NCBI GenBank assembly: GCA_024635455.1
Contig: JAGXIU010000003.1
Span: 354,446-418,445, forward strand
Direction of reading: 5' to 3'
Length of the DNA stretch: 64,000 nucleotides
Source: Candidatus Saccharimonadota bacterium
GTDB taxonomy: Bacteria; Patescibacteriota; Saccharimonadia; Saccharimonadales; SLHW01
The notes under the pieces were generated by a model. That model was given only the letters and a program-made list of their open reading frames with translations, was not told the DNA's origin and did no database searches. The stretch's first letter is position 1. Each line of letters starts with the position of its first letter. The position numbers were made by a program, and so were the translations under genes. Below, piece by piece: positions 52,466-62,530 of this stretch.

Positions 52466-53254
52466 ATGGGAAATTTCAAACACTATCAGTCTGAATTAGT
52501 TACTCTTTACATAGATGATGCTATCAAACGAATGAAAAAACTTGAAAAAGAGTCGGTAGATATGATTTTTGCTGACCCACCTTATTATTTGTCTAACAAT
52601 GGTATCACTGTAAAAAGCGGAAAAATGGTTTCAGTTAACAAAGCAGAGTGGGACGTTAGTAAAGGTGTACTAGAAGATTTTAAGTTTCATAAAAAATGGA
52701 TAAAAGCAGCGCATAGGCTACTAAAACCCAACGGTACGCTCTGGATAAGTGGGACTTACCATTCTATCTACCTTTGTGGCCATGCACTTCAAGAAAACGG
52801 ATACAAAATACTTAATGATATTGCGTGGTTCAAGCCTAACGGCGCACCCAATATTAGTTGTCGATACTTTACAGCTAGTCATGAAACTTTGTTATGGTCT
52901 GCTAAAAGCCCTAATTCAAAACACACTTTCAATTATGAGTCGATGAAGTACAACAGGTGGGAAGAAGATGTGTTTAAGAAAGAAGCAAAGCAAATGCGAA
53001 GTGTCTGGTGCATTCCTACTCCTGGACCTAGTGAAAAAAAAAGTGGCAAGCACCCTACGCAAAAACCACTGGCGTTGCTTGAACGAGTTATTTTAGCTAG
53101 CACCCAAGAAGGAGATACAGTTCTTGACCCTTTCAATGGTAGTGGTACTACTGGTATAGCTGCACTCAAATTAGGAAGAAAATACGTTGGAATAGATAAT
53201 AAGACGGAATACCTCGATATAACCGTTAAGCGCATTCAAGATATAATCAAATAA
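52466..53254 (+). CDS. Beta-class DNA methyltransferase (DpnA-like)
   Basis: FADPPY, HPTQKP, DPFNGSGTT. Confidence 0.93.
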   Translation: MGNFKHYQSELVTLYIDDAIKRMKKLEKESVDMIFADPPYYLSNNGITVKSGKMVSVNKAEWDVSKGVLEDFKFHKKWIKAAHRLLKPNGTLWISGTYHSIYLCGHALQENGYKILNDIAWFKPNGAPNISCRYFTASHETLLWSAKSPNSKHTFNYESMKYNRWEEDVFKKEAKQMRSVWCIPTPGPSEKKSGKHPTQKPLALLERVILASTQEGDTVLDPFNGSGTTGIAALKLGRKYVGIDNKTEYLDITVKRIQDIIK

Positions 53255-53266
53255 AACAGGAGTAAT

Positions 53267-54181
53267 ATGAAACATCTAGAACACTACAAGAGTAACGGCC
53301 TTCAATCTTCCGATCATGTTTTTGATTATCTTCTTGAGACAATGCGTCCAGGTGTAGCTGATTGGGAGTACTTTGTGGACTGGAACAAGGTTTTCAACAA
53401 CACCAGACTAATAGAGTCGAGCCTTAACATTATGAATTATCTATTAGGTAAAGAAGATTTTGATAATGAATTTAGATACTTAGTGAAGAAGTATCCTGAA
53501 ATTATGCAGATGATTCCAGTATTGATAGTACGGAATGGTGCAAAATCCAGCGAATATCATGTAGTGACAGTTAACGGTGCTTCATTAACCGAGGAAGCTT
53601 TTAAATTCAGCAATTCACAGCCTAGTGACGAAGATATAGAAAGTGCCATTCTATTTATTAAAAACAGCGGACTGATAAAAATATTCAGACAGGACGGCGT
53701 TCACAATCTTGTTGACTATGTACTTGGTGTAGAAGCAGGATTGAGCAGTAATGGTAGAAAAAATAGAGGTGGCAAGGCTATGGAAAATGTCTGCGACGCT
53801 CTTCTCGCTGGAATGAAACTTGATTATCTAAGAGAGGCTAATTCAAAGGATATTGAACAGAAATTCGGCGTAGAACTAAAAGGAATGGAAGGACGACGCT
53901 TTGATTTCGTAACGATGGTAAACAATAAGTTGTTTGTTTTAGAAGTAAATTGCTACTCAAGCGGTGGGTCTAAGCTCGATAAGACAGCTAGCGATTTCAG
54001 GGGGCTCCAAGACGAACTTAGGGGTCAAGCAGTTTTTGTGTGGCTTACCGATGGCCATGGTTGGCTCAAAACCCGTAACCCACTACGGAAAGCCTTTGAC
54101 CATAATGACTACATACTCAATATTGAGATGATAAATAAGGGCGCCTTAGCAGAAGTTTTTGAGACAGCCTCAACTAATTAA
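53267..54181 (+). CDS. DpnII-family type II restriction endonuclease
   Basis: YFVDWNKV, LVDYVLGVEAGL.SNGRKNRGG, RFDF, EVNCYSSGGSKL, WLTDG.GW. Confidence 0.92.
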   Translation: MKHLEHYKSNGLQSSDHVFDYLLETMRPGVADWEYFVDWNKVFNNTRLIESSLNIMNYLLGKEDFDNEFRYLVKKYPEIMQMIPVLIVRNGAKSSEYHVVTVNGASLTEEAFKFSNSQPSDEDIESAILFIKNSGLIKIFRQDGVHNLVDYVLGVEAGLSSNGRKNRGGKAMENVCDALLAGMKLDYLREANSKDIEQKFGVELKGMEGRRFDFVTMVNNKLFVLEVNCYSSGGSKLDKTASDFRGLQDELRGQAVFVWLTDGHGWLKTRNPLRKAFDHNDYILNIEMINKGALAEVFETASTN

Positions 54182-54376
54182 CCAAGTTAGTAAATTAAAG
54201 TAGTCACATTTGTTATTGCCACAGCCTAAATAAGGTTTGCTTTTTGATAAATACTTGTTAGAACGGCTTAGAATCGCTCAGAAAACCTGTTTAATGCTCG
54301 TTTACTCTTTGTTTTCTTACTAGTATGTAAGGTAAAAAGTCTATTTTCTAATACCAAAATCAAAATTATGAATTAC

Positions 54377-54793
54377 TTACTTGTTATTTTCAATGGAAAG
54401 GAGTTTTTTAAATAACTGCTGTGCCTCACCTGTTTCAAATAAATCAGCCCAAGCGCCTTCATTAAATCGGGAGTTTCGTGCAACCGCTGTGAGCAATTTT
54501 AAGATAAAAATCTTATCAAGATTTTTATACTTACTACTGCTTGAATCCTTGAAGAAATCTCGTCCTTCTTGCCAGCTACCCCAATCAAAATCGACAATTA
54601 ATTTGTTGTCGTATAGAAACTTCATAAAATCATGAGCTAACGGGTCACTCCATGAATTTAGCGTAACGTTGTTTCCTTCTCTTACGCTGCGGTCTTCCCA
54701 CCATGGTCCTTCATGTTGTTCAAGTTCTTTTATTAAAGACGCCAGTTGTTCTAAAGCTTCATTGCTTAGTTCATAATTATTGTCATCGCTCAT
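54377..54793 (-). CDS. DUF6508-like protein
   Basis: FDWGSWQEG, LLTAVARNSRFNEGAW..FETG. Confidence 0.7.
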   Translation of the reverse strand: MSDDNNYELSNEALEQLASLIKELEQHEGPWWEDRSVREGNNVTLNSWSDPLAHDFMKFLYDNKLIVDFDWGSWQEGRDFFKDSSSSKYKNLDKIFILKLLTAVARNSRFNEGAWADLFETGEAQQLFKKLLSIENNK

Positions 54794-55392
54794 GTTGTAC
54801 TTTCCTTCTTGTATTTTATAAGGTCATAACCTAGTTGCCATAAGTATTTGTCTACTTCTTTTAATGAATGTTCTTCAAGTCCGTAGAATGTAATGAAAGA
54901 ATTAATAGCTTCAATATACTTTAAATAGTCTTTATTGTTCATGCCCTTACCATAAAAGCCATCGATTTTATTGAAGTACTTTAGCACGCCATCAACATAG
55001 GAGTCATAAATGGAAAATACTTCAGGTCTATGAAAGCTACAGTATTTAGATGCGAAGCTATAGAGACGAGATGACTTTCCGTCTGGTAGTGTAATGTTTG
55101 CGATGTCATCTACCAATGATAAGTCACCATTTTGAAGTCGATGGTCTATATTAAGTGCTTTTATGTGATGAGACATCTGTATGCACCCACCAGACATTCT
55201 TAGTTGTGTGCTGTAAAGATTATCTAGAGCACTGACTTTTATAACAATTTCGTCGATGCTTATATTTAAAGGGTAGGTAGAAGTGAAAAGCTTAATCAGT
55301 GCAATTTCGGTATAATTCGTCTTCTTATCAACATCAAACTTCGTGTTCAATTTGATGAGGTCTATTTTATTTGGGCGTTTTAACAAATCCAT
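54790..55392 (-). CDS. Conserved hypothetical protein, HhH-glycosylase-like motifs
   Basis: KVSALDNLYST, YSFASKYCSFH, IYDSYV, EVDKYLW. Confidence 0.6.
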   Translation of the reverse strand: MDLLKRPNKIDLIKLNTKFDVDKKTNYTEIALIKLFTSTYPLNISIDEIVIKVSALDNLYSTQLRMSGGCIQMSHHIKALNIDHRLQNGDLSLVDDIANITLPDGKSSRLYSFASKYCSFHRPEVFSIYDSYVDGVLKYFNKIDGFYGKGMNNKDYLKYIEAINSFITFYGLEEHSLKEVDKYLWQLGYDLIKYKKESTT

Positions 55393-55394
55393 CG

Positions 55395-55910
55395 TTAACC
55401 CTTCAAAACACTGTCAATTAGAGATTTATCGTACTCGTTAAATGAGACTAATATTACTTCATCAATAGTTGAGGCTATTTCATTATCTTGAAAGTAATCC
55501 CTAATCGTCTTTATTGCCACACGAGTAGCTTCTTCTTTAGGGAACATATAAACGCCCGTTGATACAGCAGGGAAAGCGATTGATTTGCATTTATTTTCAT
55601 CGGCAAGCTGTAGTGAGCGTAGGTAACAACTCTCTAGTAAATTCTTTGCTTCATTTGGTGAGTACTGACCATATATTGGTCCAACAGTATGGATTACATA
55701 TTTTGCAGGCAAATCGTAACCTTTAGTTATTTTTGCGTCACCTGTTTCGCAGCCATTCAGAGTTCTACACTCCTCTAAAAGCTCTGGACCAGCAGCTGAG
55801 TGTATTACATCGTCAACGCCGCCACCGCCTAGTAGAGTATTGTTTGCAGCGTTTACTATTGCATCAATTTGAAGTGTGGTTATATCAGTCTGTATGCTTT
55901 TTATCGTCAT
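55395..55910 (-). CDS. Macrodomain O-acetyl-ADP-ribose deacetylase (YmdB-like)
   Basis: [36 protein letters not shown]. Confidence 0.92.
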   Translation of the reverse strand: MTIKSIQTDITTLQIDAIVNAANNTLLGGGGVDDVIHSAAGPELLEECRTLNGCETGDAKITKGYDLPAKYVIHTVGPIYGQYSPNEAKNLLESCYLRSLQLADENKCKSIAFPAVSTGVYMFPKEEATRVAIKTIRDYFQDNEIASTIDEVILVSFNEYDKSLIDSVLKG

Positions 55911-55946
55911 ACATACAGTTTACTTAAAAACATTGATAGTCCGCAA

Positions 55947-56087
55947 TTATCTATCATTTTTTTGAATCATGAGTTTTGCTAATCTTATTTTGAATGCCTC
56001 TATAGACTCATCCTTTCTTGGCTTGATGAGAAAAGCTCCTGTAGTCATACTAGTATAGGTTTGTACTCTTTTTTCATTGTTTTTCAT
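55947..56087 (-). CDS. Possible 46-aa small protein
   Basis: MKNNEKRVQTYTSMTTGAFLIKPRKDESIEAFKIRLAKLMIQKNDR. Confidence 0.35.
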   Translation of the reverse strand: MKNNEKRVQTYTSMTTGAFLIKPRKDESIEAFKIRLAKLMIQKNDR

Positions 56088-56310
56088 TAATCTATAATAT
56101 CAACAAAATCACTCTACCGTTGAATATCTTAAAATCTAAAACATAGGATTCTTTTTAACTCGATATTTGTGTGCTAATTAAGTATGGTTTTAACGCATTT
56201 ACAGACGATATACCAGCTTTTAAGGTCATTAATGAGTATATGTTCATTTGAGCTATTTAACAATGTAGCTTTGTGTTTTGTAACTCAGCTATATCAAACG
56301 TTTAGTGCGG

Positions 56311-57429
56311 TTAATAAGAAATAAACTTTATGACTCTTAATCCATCTGCGGAAGTTGTACACTCCATAACTCCTATAGCCTTTTCGGCTCTCAAGAAGCC
56401 TCTACTATCTGCAATATTTACTTTTATCAAGATAGTACCATCAGACTGTACTCTCTCTATACTCGATTGGTCATAGCCAACATTAATATCTTTCACATTG
56501 AAGTAAGATTGAGCGTAGGCTACACAACTTACTTCTGCTTCGAATATTGCGTCATCTGAACTGCCCATACCTGGAATATAGTTAACTATAAGTTTTTTTG
56601 TTACTACCCCGATATTATTTTCAGCAATAATAGTAAATACATTCTCACCAGGATTTAAGTCAGTCTTATATTTAGTAGACAATATGCCTATATTTACTGC
56701 TGTACCGTTTACTTTCAAGGAGTGACCGCTCGAACTATATATATTTGATGTTTTAAATCTTATATCATAATTTTTAAGACTTGTAGAAATCGTTAAGTGT
56801 TCGTTTTCTTCCGATGAATCTTCGACTTCAAATGTCGGCAACTCTTTTGCTTCGGGCTTTGAGTAATCGCTTAAAGGTTTTTCTTGTTTTTTTATAAAAT
56901 AAATAGTCTTTTCGTCGGTACCTTTATCATTTGAGGCAATTATTTTGTAGGACTCACTCAGATTAGTAGTATCTATTTCAAAGTAGAATCTTGAGGCGTC
57001 AACTATACTTGGTGGTACATTGACGTCATTTACAGTTAGAGTAGTATTCTTTTGTTCAGAAGAAGTGCCAGTTGACACACTTAACGAATACTTATCAGAT
57101 AATAATACTTCTTTATTTAAGTCTATATACGTTTTATCGTCATTGACTACAGAGTTTGTAATAACAATTGCTGGTGCTTTTTTTGCTTTAGGTACTGAGT
57201 CTGTACTTCCAATAAACCAGAAGCCTACCCATAATAATGAAATTATGATTGCAGTCAGCTTTTTCTGCCTACTCCACTGTTTGTGAGTTAGGGCTAAAAC
57301 TATACCAACTGGTGGAAGAAATATAAGAAATAACACAGTCAAAATAGACCTTGTAGACATTGTTTGTCCATTGGCTCTATTTAAAGAACCTTTCACTGTA
57401 TTTTGATTGGGTAGTTTTCTTATTTTCAT
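56311..57429 (-). CDS. Membrane-anchored protein with Ig-like beta domains
   Basis: Two N-terminal TM (IFLPPVGIVL); LKVNG..LNPGENVFTIIAEN Ig-like pattern. Confidence 0.7.
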   Translation of the reverse strand: MKIRKLPNQNTVKGSLNRANGQTMSTRSILTVLFLIFLPPVGIVLALTHKQWSRQKKLTAIIISLLWVGFWFIGSTDSVPKAKKAPAIVITNSVVNDDKTYIDLNKEVLLSDKYSLSVSTGTSSEQKNTTLTVNDVNVPPSIVDASRFYFEIDTTNLSESYKIIASNDKGTDEKTIYFIKKQEKPLSDYSKPEAKELPTFEVEDSSEENEHLTISTSLKNYDIRFKTSNIYSSSGHSLKVNGTAVNIGILSTKYKTDLNPGENVFTIIAENNIGVVTKKLIVNYIPGMGSSDDAIFEAEVSCVAYAQSYFNVKDINVGYDQSSIERVQSDGTILIKVNIADSRGFLRAEKAIGVMECTTSADGLRVIKFISY

Positions 57430-57644
57430 GCTCAATAAATTTTATTAGTAATTTCGATGAACAAAAAAGCTCATCACAAGCGATACCCTTTCGGATACCC
57501 ATCACCGTTTCCAGTAATGACAACAGAAAGAAGTACTCATGATGAGCTGTTTCTTTCTGTTGATTTGATGACCATGCTAACTAAAAGTTAGTTTAGGTCG
57601 TAGTGGTTGCCCACATGTGGTCTAGTATATCGTTTTTTATAGGA

Positions 57645-57932
57645 TTATTCTTGCGTTAATTCTTTACTACGAGATTCTGCATACTCCCACGCTGAGAACG
57701 ACTTATCACTTTCTGGTATGTAAGGGTCTTCTCCAAACATTGTGTAGGAGCTATATAGCTCTTCAGCAGTTATATTTGGTTCGAGTGCAGAGATTAGGAA
57801 ATCATCTATAATCATTTTGCAATGTGCAATTGCTTTACTTAAGCTATCGTATTGTCCTGAACGATAGCGTTCACTCTCGTCCATAAAATGGAAGTTATCA
57901 TCAACTAATACTGTGTATGTTTTTCTTTTCAT
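57645..57932 (-). CDS. Conserved hypothetical protein
   Basis: YTVLVDDNFHFMDE..Y.MFGEDPYI..FSAWEYA. Confidence 0.7.
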   Translation of the reverse strand: MKRKTYTVLVDDNFHFMDESERYRSGQYDSLSKAIAHCKMIIDDFLISALEPNITAEELYSSYTMFGEDPYIPESDKSFSAWEYAESRSKELTQE

Positions 57933-58153
57933 TTTGACCTTTCAGAGCCAAATAAAAAACGGCTCATGAGTTATTATTTCATAGCCGCAATGGACGCTTG
58001 ATAGCCGCTGTCCTACATCTATATTATAGCAGATTTTGTCTGTAAAAGATATGATAATTTGTGACTAAAAAAGCAATAACACAGAAGGAACAGTGATATT
58101 CAGCTGAAAGTTAATAAATTTACAACCAATCAGTTACAATTATAACCAATACT

Positions 58154-58630
58154 ATGTTTGCAAAAATAACACCTGATTTAAACATACTGCCAGAAGACCT
58201 TAGCGATTTGAATCTGATTGCACTAGCCTTTTTTACAATAGCTGCAATATTTTTACTGATTTATATTGCCATATATTTATTACCCCATGCTTTGCGTTTA
58301 CATAAAGAAAAAAGTATAGAAAAAGAGAAATCAGAGAAAGATATACGTTTCGATAAATTTAAATCAGTGCTACACCTTGGTTCAAAACAGTTAACTATTC
58401 CTGAAAGCTCACTAGAATATTATGTATGCAAACTTGTTTTTGAAAACCCTAAAACTTATCATAGCGATTTAGATATTTTAGACGAAGCAGGTGAGCCCAA
58501 TAAAAAAGATAGGGCGGTCTATTTTGCAGTGGACAGAATAAATAAAAAAGCTAATCGTGAATTAAAACTAAAGTACAACTTATTTAAGCGCAATCGTGAA
58601 AGAACACGACTGAACGATAACTATTTTTAA
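58154..58630 (+). CDS. TM-anchored winged-helix-like protein
   Basis: N-terminal TM; C-terminal OmpR-like RAVYFAVDRINKK. Confidence 0.55.
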   Translation: MFAKITPDLNILPEDLSDLNLIALAFFTIAAIFLLIYIAIYLLPHALRLHKEKSIEKEKSEKDIRFDKFKSVLHLGSKQLTIPESSLEYYVCKLVFENPKTYHSDLDILDEAGEPNKKDRAVYFAVDRINKKANRELKLKYNLFKRNRERTRLNDNYF

Positions 58631-59011
58631 TTTTCGATAATATTTTAAGACGATTATTTATATTTTTTAATCTGTTAAACACATCTAATAACATTGAAGC
58701 TCAGTCGGTAGACCTCTACTAACATTGTTTGTTGTTCAATGAAGACAAGCTTTTACGAAGCGGTATTGAATCACCCAAAAGTATCGATTCTGTAGCCTAC
58801 CGTAAGTCTAAGCGGATAAAACATTACATTAATCTAAAAGGAGAAAAAAATCACCAATAATACTTAAAACTAAATAAAACTATAACAATGTGAAGAAACT
58901 ATATTACTAGAAATAGTGTAAGTAATTCTATCTGAACGCCTTTAACTAACTGGAAAAATTATTACCAGGCTTGTTAAGTGCGTCCATAAATCAATAATAA
59001 AGGAACTAAAA

Positions 59012-59185
59012 ATGAGAATAAGTGAAGACAGTATCTTAAATCTTCAGACGATTCTGAAGAAACAGATAGGTGAAGAATATGACTCGGAAAATGTTCAAGC
59101 AGCAGGACGAGCAATTCTAAAATTATGCGGCATAAAACTATATCAACAATTTGAGAAAGACAACGAATATGAAATACAAGACTAA
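59012..59185 (+). CDS. Small 57-aa protein (not in the ORF track)
   Basis: AAGGA RBS; MRISEDSILNLQTILKKQIGEEYDSENVQAAGRAILKL.. Confidence 0.6.
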   Translation: MRISEDSILNLQTILKKQIGEEYDSENVQAAGRAILKLCGIKLYQQFEKDNEYEIQD

Positions 59186-59327
59186 AGTAACATCATTTAA
59201 AAAGTTTAAAAGGCTAATTGTACAACCACTAGCACGATATGAATACAGGCGAAAATATATAGCAGTAAGAAGAAGCATGCAGCTTAGAGAGATTAAGCTG
59301 GCTAACGAGGTACATTATGAAGACTGA
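59169..59327 (+). CDS. Small basic 52-aa protein
   Basis: MKYKTKVTSFKKFKRLIVQPLARYEYRRK..; overlaps both neighbours. Confidence 0.4.
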   Translation: MKYKTKVTSFKKFKRLIVQPLARYEYRRKYIAVRRSMQLREIKLANEVHYED

Positions 59328-60573
59328 TAACATTGAGCAATTAAGCAAAGAGATAAAATCGCAGACAGAAATAAATGCTACTAGTCCTTTTCCAGAAATA
59401 AATTTGGATGAGCTAGCTGATATATTGTCTCTAACGATTAAGCATGACTATTTATGCAAGACGATTACATTTCTAGGAATGCTTTCCGCATATACATACG
59501 ATAGTCAGTTAAATATCAGCTTCAATGCTCCTAGCTCATCTGGCAAAACATATATTACATCTGAAGTTGCAAAGTTATTTCCTACTGATGACAAAATTGA
59601 GATTAGTGGTGCAAGCCCTACAGCACTGTTCTATCAACAAGGTGAAGTAGACAAAGATTCTGGCTGTAGGATTCTAAATCTAGAAAATAAAATACTTATT
59701 TTCTACGAGCTACCTGACCAAAAAGTTCAGGAACGCCTAAGAGCTATCGCATCGCACGACAGTAGAAAACAAACTCACTTCTATACTAACAAAACAAAAA
59801 ATGGCACTAACAGAACTGACAAAATTCAAATAATAGGCTTTCCTGCTATGGTGTTCTGTTCTGCTTCATTAAGAGTGAACGAGCAAGAACAAACAAGAGA
59901 GCTTCTGCTTAGTCCAGAGCAGTCACAAGAAAAGATTTCTGCTGCGATTGAACTACAGAATAAGCGTGGCACTGATGAGCATAGCTATAATGAATGGCTT
60001 TCAAGTCGACCAAACCGTTTAGCGCTCATAAAACGCATACAGGCTATAAGTGCAGAGCATGTAAAGTACATTAAGTTACCTGACAGCGATGTCTTCAAGC
60101 AACGTTTTATGGACGGATTTAAACAACTAAAAGAACGGCACACCCGTGACTTCACCCATGTGCAACAACTAGCAAAAGCAATAGCCTTGCTAAACATTTG
60201 GTATCGTAAAGAACCAGATGGAAGCTACCTTGCAACTATCGAGGATGTAGAAGCAGCAATGAACCTATGGGAGCAATTCGCTGAAAGCCAAGTTATGGGT
60301 GTACCCCCTACAGTCCTACATTTCTACAAAGAATTCATGCTCACATTGCAAAGAGAAATAAAGCTGAACCAAATTAATGGTCGTATTGGCTTCAGTCATG
60401 AAACATTAAGTGAGTATTACCTTAGAAAAACAGGTACTTTACTCAACGAGGATACTCTGCGCAAGCAGATTATTCCTCAGCTCCACGCTAGTGGTCTTAT
60501 TGACCACCGTCAGCCTGATATCGGAGACAGACGAAGTAAGTGGATTTACCCTAAATGGAATATAGAAAACTAA
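59317..60573 (+). CDS. P-loop NTPase/helicase-like replication protein of the element
   Basis: Walker A NAPSSSGKT, ASPTALFY, KILIFYE, C-terminal wHTH-like region. Confidence 0.75.
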   Translation: MKTDNIEQLSKEIKSQTEINATSPFPEINLDELADILSLTIKHDYLCKTITFLGMLSAYTYDSQLNISFNAPSSSGKTYITSEVAKLFPTDDKIEISGASPTALFYQQGEVDKDSGCRILNLENKILIFYELPDQKVQERLRAIASHDSRKQTHFYTNKTKNGTNRTDKIQIIGFPAMVFCSASLRVNEQEQTRELLLSPEQSQEKISAAIELQNKRGTDEHSYNEWLSSRPNRLALIKRIQAISAEHVKYIKLPDSDVFKQRFMDGFKQLKERHTRDFTHVQQLAKAIALLNIWYRKEPDGSYLATIEDVEAAMNLWEQFAESQVMGVPPTVLHFYKEFMLTLQREIKLNQINGRIGFSHETLSEYYLRKTGTLLNEDTLRKQIIPQLHASGLIDHRQPDIGDRRSKWIYPKWNIEN

Positions 60574-60642
60574 ATAGGAACCGAAGTGTTGACTATCAAC
60601 CGTAACATTGGTCCTATATAATTTAAAAGAAGGAATAAGAAA

Positions 60643-62247
60643 ATGAACTATGAAAATAACAAAGAAAACAAATTAAGATACATCGCTTATGTACGCAAAT
60701 CTAGCGAAGATGAAGAACGACAAGTTCTTTCAAAAGATGCTCAAAAAGATAAAATCAAAGAATGCTTTCCTAATTTGAACATTATTGATTTTGTAGATGA
60801 AAGTAAAAGCGCATTTGAACCAGACAAGCGAAAAGTATTTAAAGACGTACTTGGAAAGCTCGACCTTAAGCAGATTGATGGGATTATTGCATGGCACCCT
60901 GATAGACTTTCACGGAATGAAGTGGATGCTTCCGCTATAACGTACCGTATACGAACAGGTACTATTAAGGATTTGAAATTCGCTAATTACACATTCGATA
61001 ACTCGCCTGAAGGAATAATGATGTTGCAGCTTACCATGAGTCAATCTCAATACTTTTCAGCAAAACTTAGTAAAGATGTAAAACGTGGTAATGAGAAAAA
61101 GCGCAAAATGGGTGGCATAACTGGTAAAGCACCTGAAGGTTATCTTAATGACAGAATAAAGAAAACTGTTTATAAAGACCCGAAGCGGTGGTCGCTACTA
61201 CGACAAGCGGTGGACATGATGCTAACAGGCGAATACAGCGTTCCAATGATATTAGATTGGCTAAATAACACTATGGGCTACCGTACACTTAAAAGAAATA
61301 AACGTGGAGGTGGAGAACTATCGAGAGCCTCGCTTTACCGCATATTCAATAGTGTAAGATACGCAGGTTGGATTGAAGACCCCTACAATCCCGATGCGAT
61401 GTATCCCGCCGATTATCCTCCTTTAATGTCTCAAGCTGAGTTTGACCGCATACAAGCCTTATTAGGCTCAAAGGCATCGAAGAAATTCGCTACTCGCAAA
61501 CAATTTGCGCTTAGAGGACTAATCCGTTGCGGATATTGTAATTGCATGATAACCGCTCAAAGCCAGGAGAAGAAACTTAAGAGCGGTGGAAGTAACATAC
61601 ATACTTACTATCACTGCACTCGTAAAAGTAAGTTTATTAAGTGTAATCAGAATTATTCTGTCACAGAAGACAAGCTCTACAAACAGTGTGAAGACCTATT
61701 AGAAGGCTATGAGCTTACCCCGCAACTATATGATTGGAGTATGGAAGCTTTAAACGAAATGCTTCAGCAGGAGAAGCCAGAGCGTGAATCAGTAGCAGCG
61801 ATGCAAAGTCATGCTATCAGTGACATAGAAGCTCAATTAGACCGTTTACTAGAGATGTCAATGAAAAAGATGGTTGACGACGAAACATTCACATCAAAGA
61901 GCAGTAAACTTAAATCTCAATTGAAAAGTCTTCACACACAACAAGCCGAGACAGCTAAAAAAGTTGATAGCTGGTACGAATTTATGAGTGACACCTTCCT
62001 TAAACTGACTGGTGCCACTAATAAGTTTGTGAATGGTGAATTTGCTGATAAAAAAGAGATACTACTGGCGATAGGTCAAAACCCAATCCTTTTAGACGGA
62101 AAACTGTCTATTACCCCTGATGAGTGGTTAATTCCTATCAAAAATAATTCAAAACACTTCAGTGATGAGATTCAGAAGGTTAAAACCATGTCTCAACAGA
62201 TGAAAAAGACCCTCTTAGAGGGTCTACGTATCGATTGGTGCGAGTGA
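60643..62247 (+). CDS. Large serine recombinase (integrase)
   Basis: YVRKSSE catalytic Ser, DRLSRN, recombinase domain, CGYC/YYHC zinc ribbon, coiled coil; last codons lie in the tRNA-Gly 3' end. Confidence 0.95.
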   Translation: MNYENNKENKLRYIAYVRKSSEDEERQVLSKDAQKDKIKECFPNLNIIDFVDESKSAFEPDKRKVFKDVLGKLDLKQIDGIIAWHPDRLSRNEVDASAITYRIRTGTIKDLKFANYTFDNSPEGIMMLQLTMSQSQYFSAKLSKDVKRGNEKKRKMGGITGKAPEGYLNDRIKKTVYKDPKRWSLLRQAVDMMLTGEYSVPMILDWLNNTMGYRTLKRNKRGGGELSRASLYRIFNSVRYAGWIEDPYNPDAMYPADYPPLMSQAEFDRIQALLGSKASKKFATRKQFALRGLIRCGYCNCMITAQSQEKKLKSGGSNIHTYYHCTRKSKFIKCNQNYSVTEDKLYKQCEDLLEGYELTPQLYDWSMEALNEMLQQEKPERESVAAMQSHAISDIEAQLDRLLEMSMKKMVDDETFTSKSSKLKSQLKSLHTQQAETAKKVDSWYEFMSDTFLKLTGATNKFVNGEFADKKEILLAIGQNPILLDGKLSITPDEWLIPIKNNSKHFSDEIQKVKTMSQQMKKTLLEGLRIDWCE

Positions 62248-62311
62248 GGGGATTCAAACCCCTGGCCTCTTCCTTGGCAAGGAAGCGCTCTATCAGCTGA
62301 GCTACACTCGC
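62236..62311 (-). tRNA. tRNA-Gly(GCC)
   Basis: GCGAGTG..CTTCC-TTGCCAA-GGAAG..GGTTTGAATCC..CACTCGCACCA. Confidence 0.95.
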
Positions 62312-62454
62312 GTATATGTGGCTGTAAAATAACTATCGCTAAACTCACGTTCAACTTGGGAAATTATAGCGATAGTTCGGCTTGGGGGCAAGTCTACGTA
62401 TATGATGCTTGAGATTTTCTCTTATTTCTCATAGAATATGATGGCAGTAATCGT

Positions 62455-62530
62455 GGCTCTTTAGCTCAGTTGGTAGAGCAGAGGCTTGAAGAGCCTTGTG
62501 TCCCCAGTTCGAGTCTGGGAGGAGCCACCA
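62455..62530 (+). tRNA. tRNA-Phe(GAA)
   Basis: GGCTCTT..GAGGC-TTGAAGA-GCCTT..GTTCGAGTC..GGAGCCACCA. Confidence 0.95.

Larger units (their letters stand above)
47279..62253. mobile_element. Integrative defence island in the tRNA-Gly 3' end (inner crossover probably TTGGTGCG at 47452/62235)
   Basis: Flanking direct repeats, terminal large serine recombinase, P-loop NTPase, AT-rich composition, defence cargo. Confidence 0.88.

Noticed and set aside
47452..62253. Prophage or conjugative ICE
   Set aside because: No structural, terminase, lysis, relaxase or T4SS genes are recognisable.
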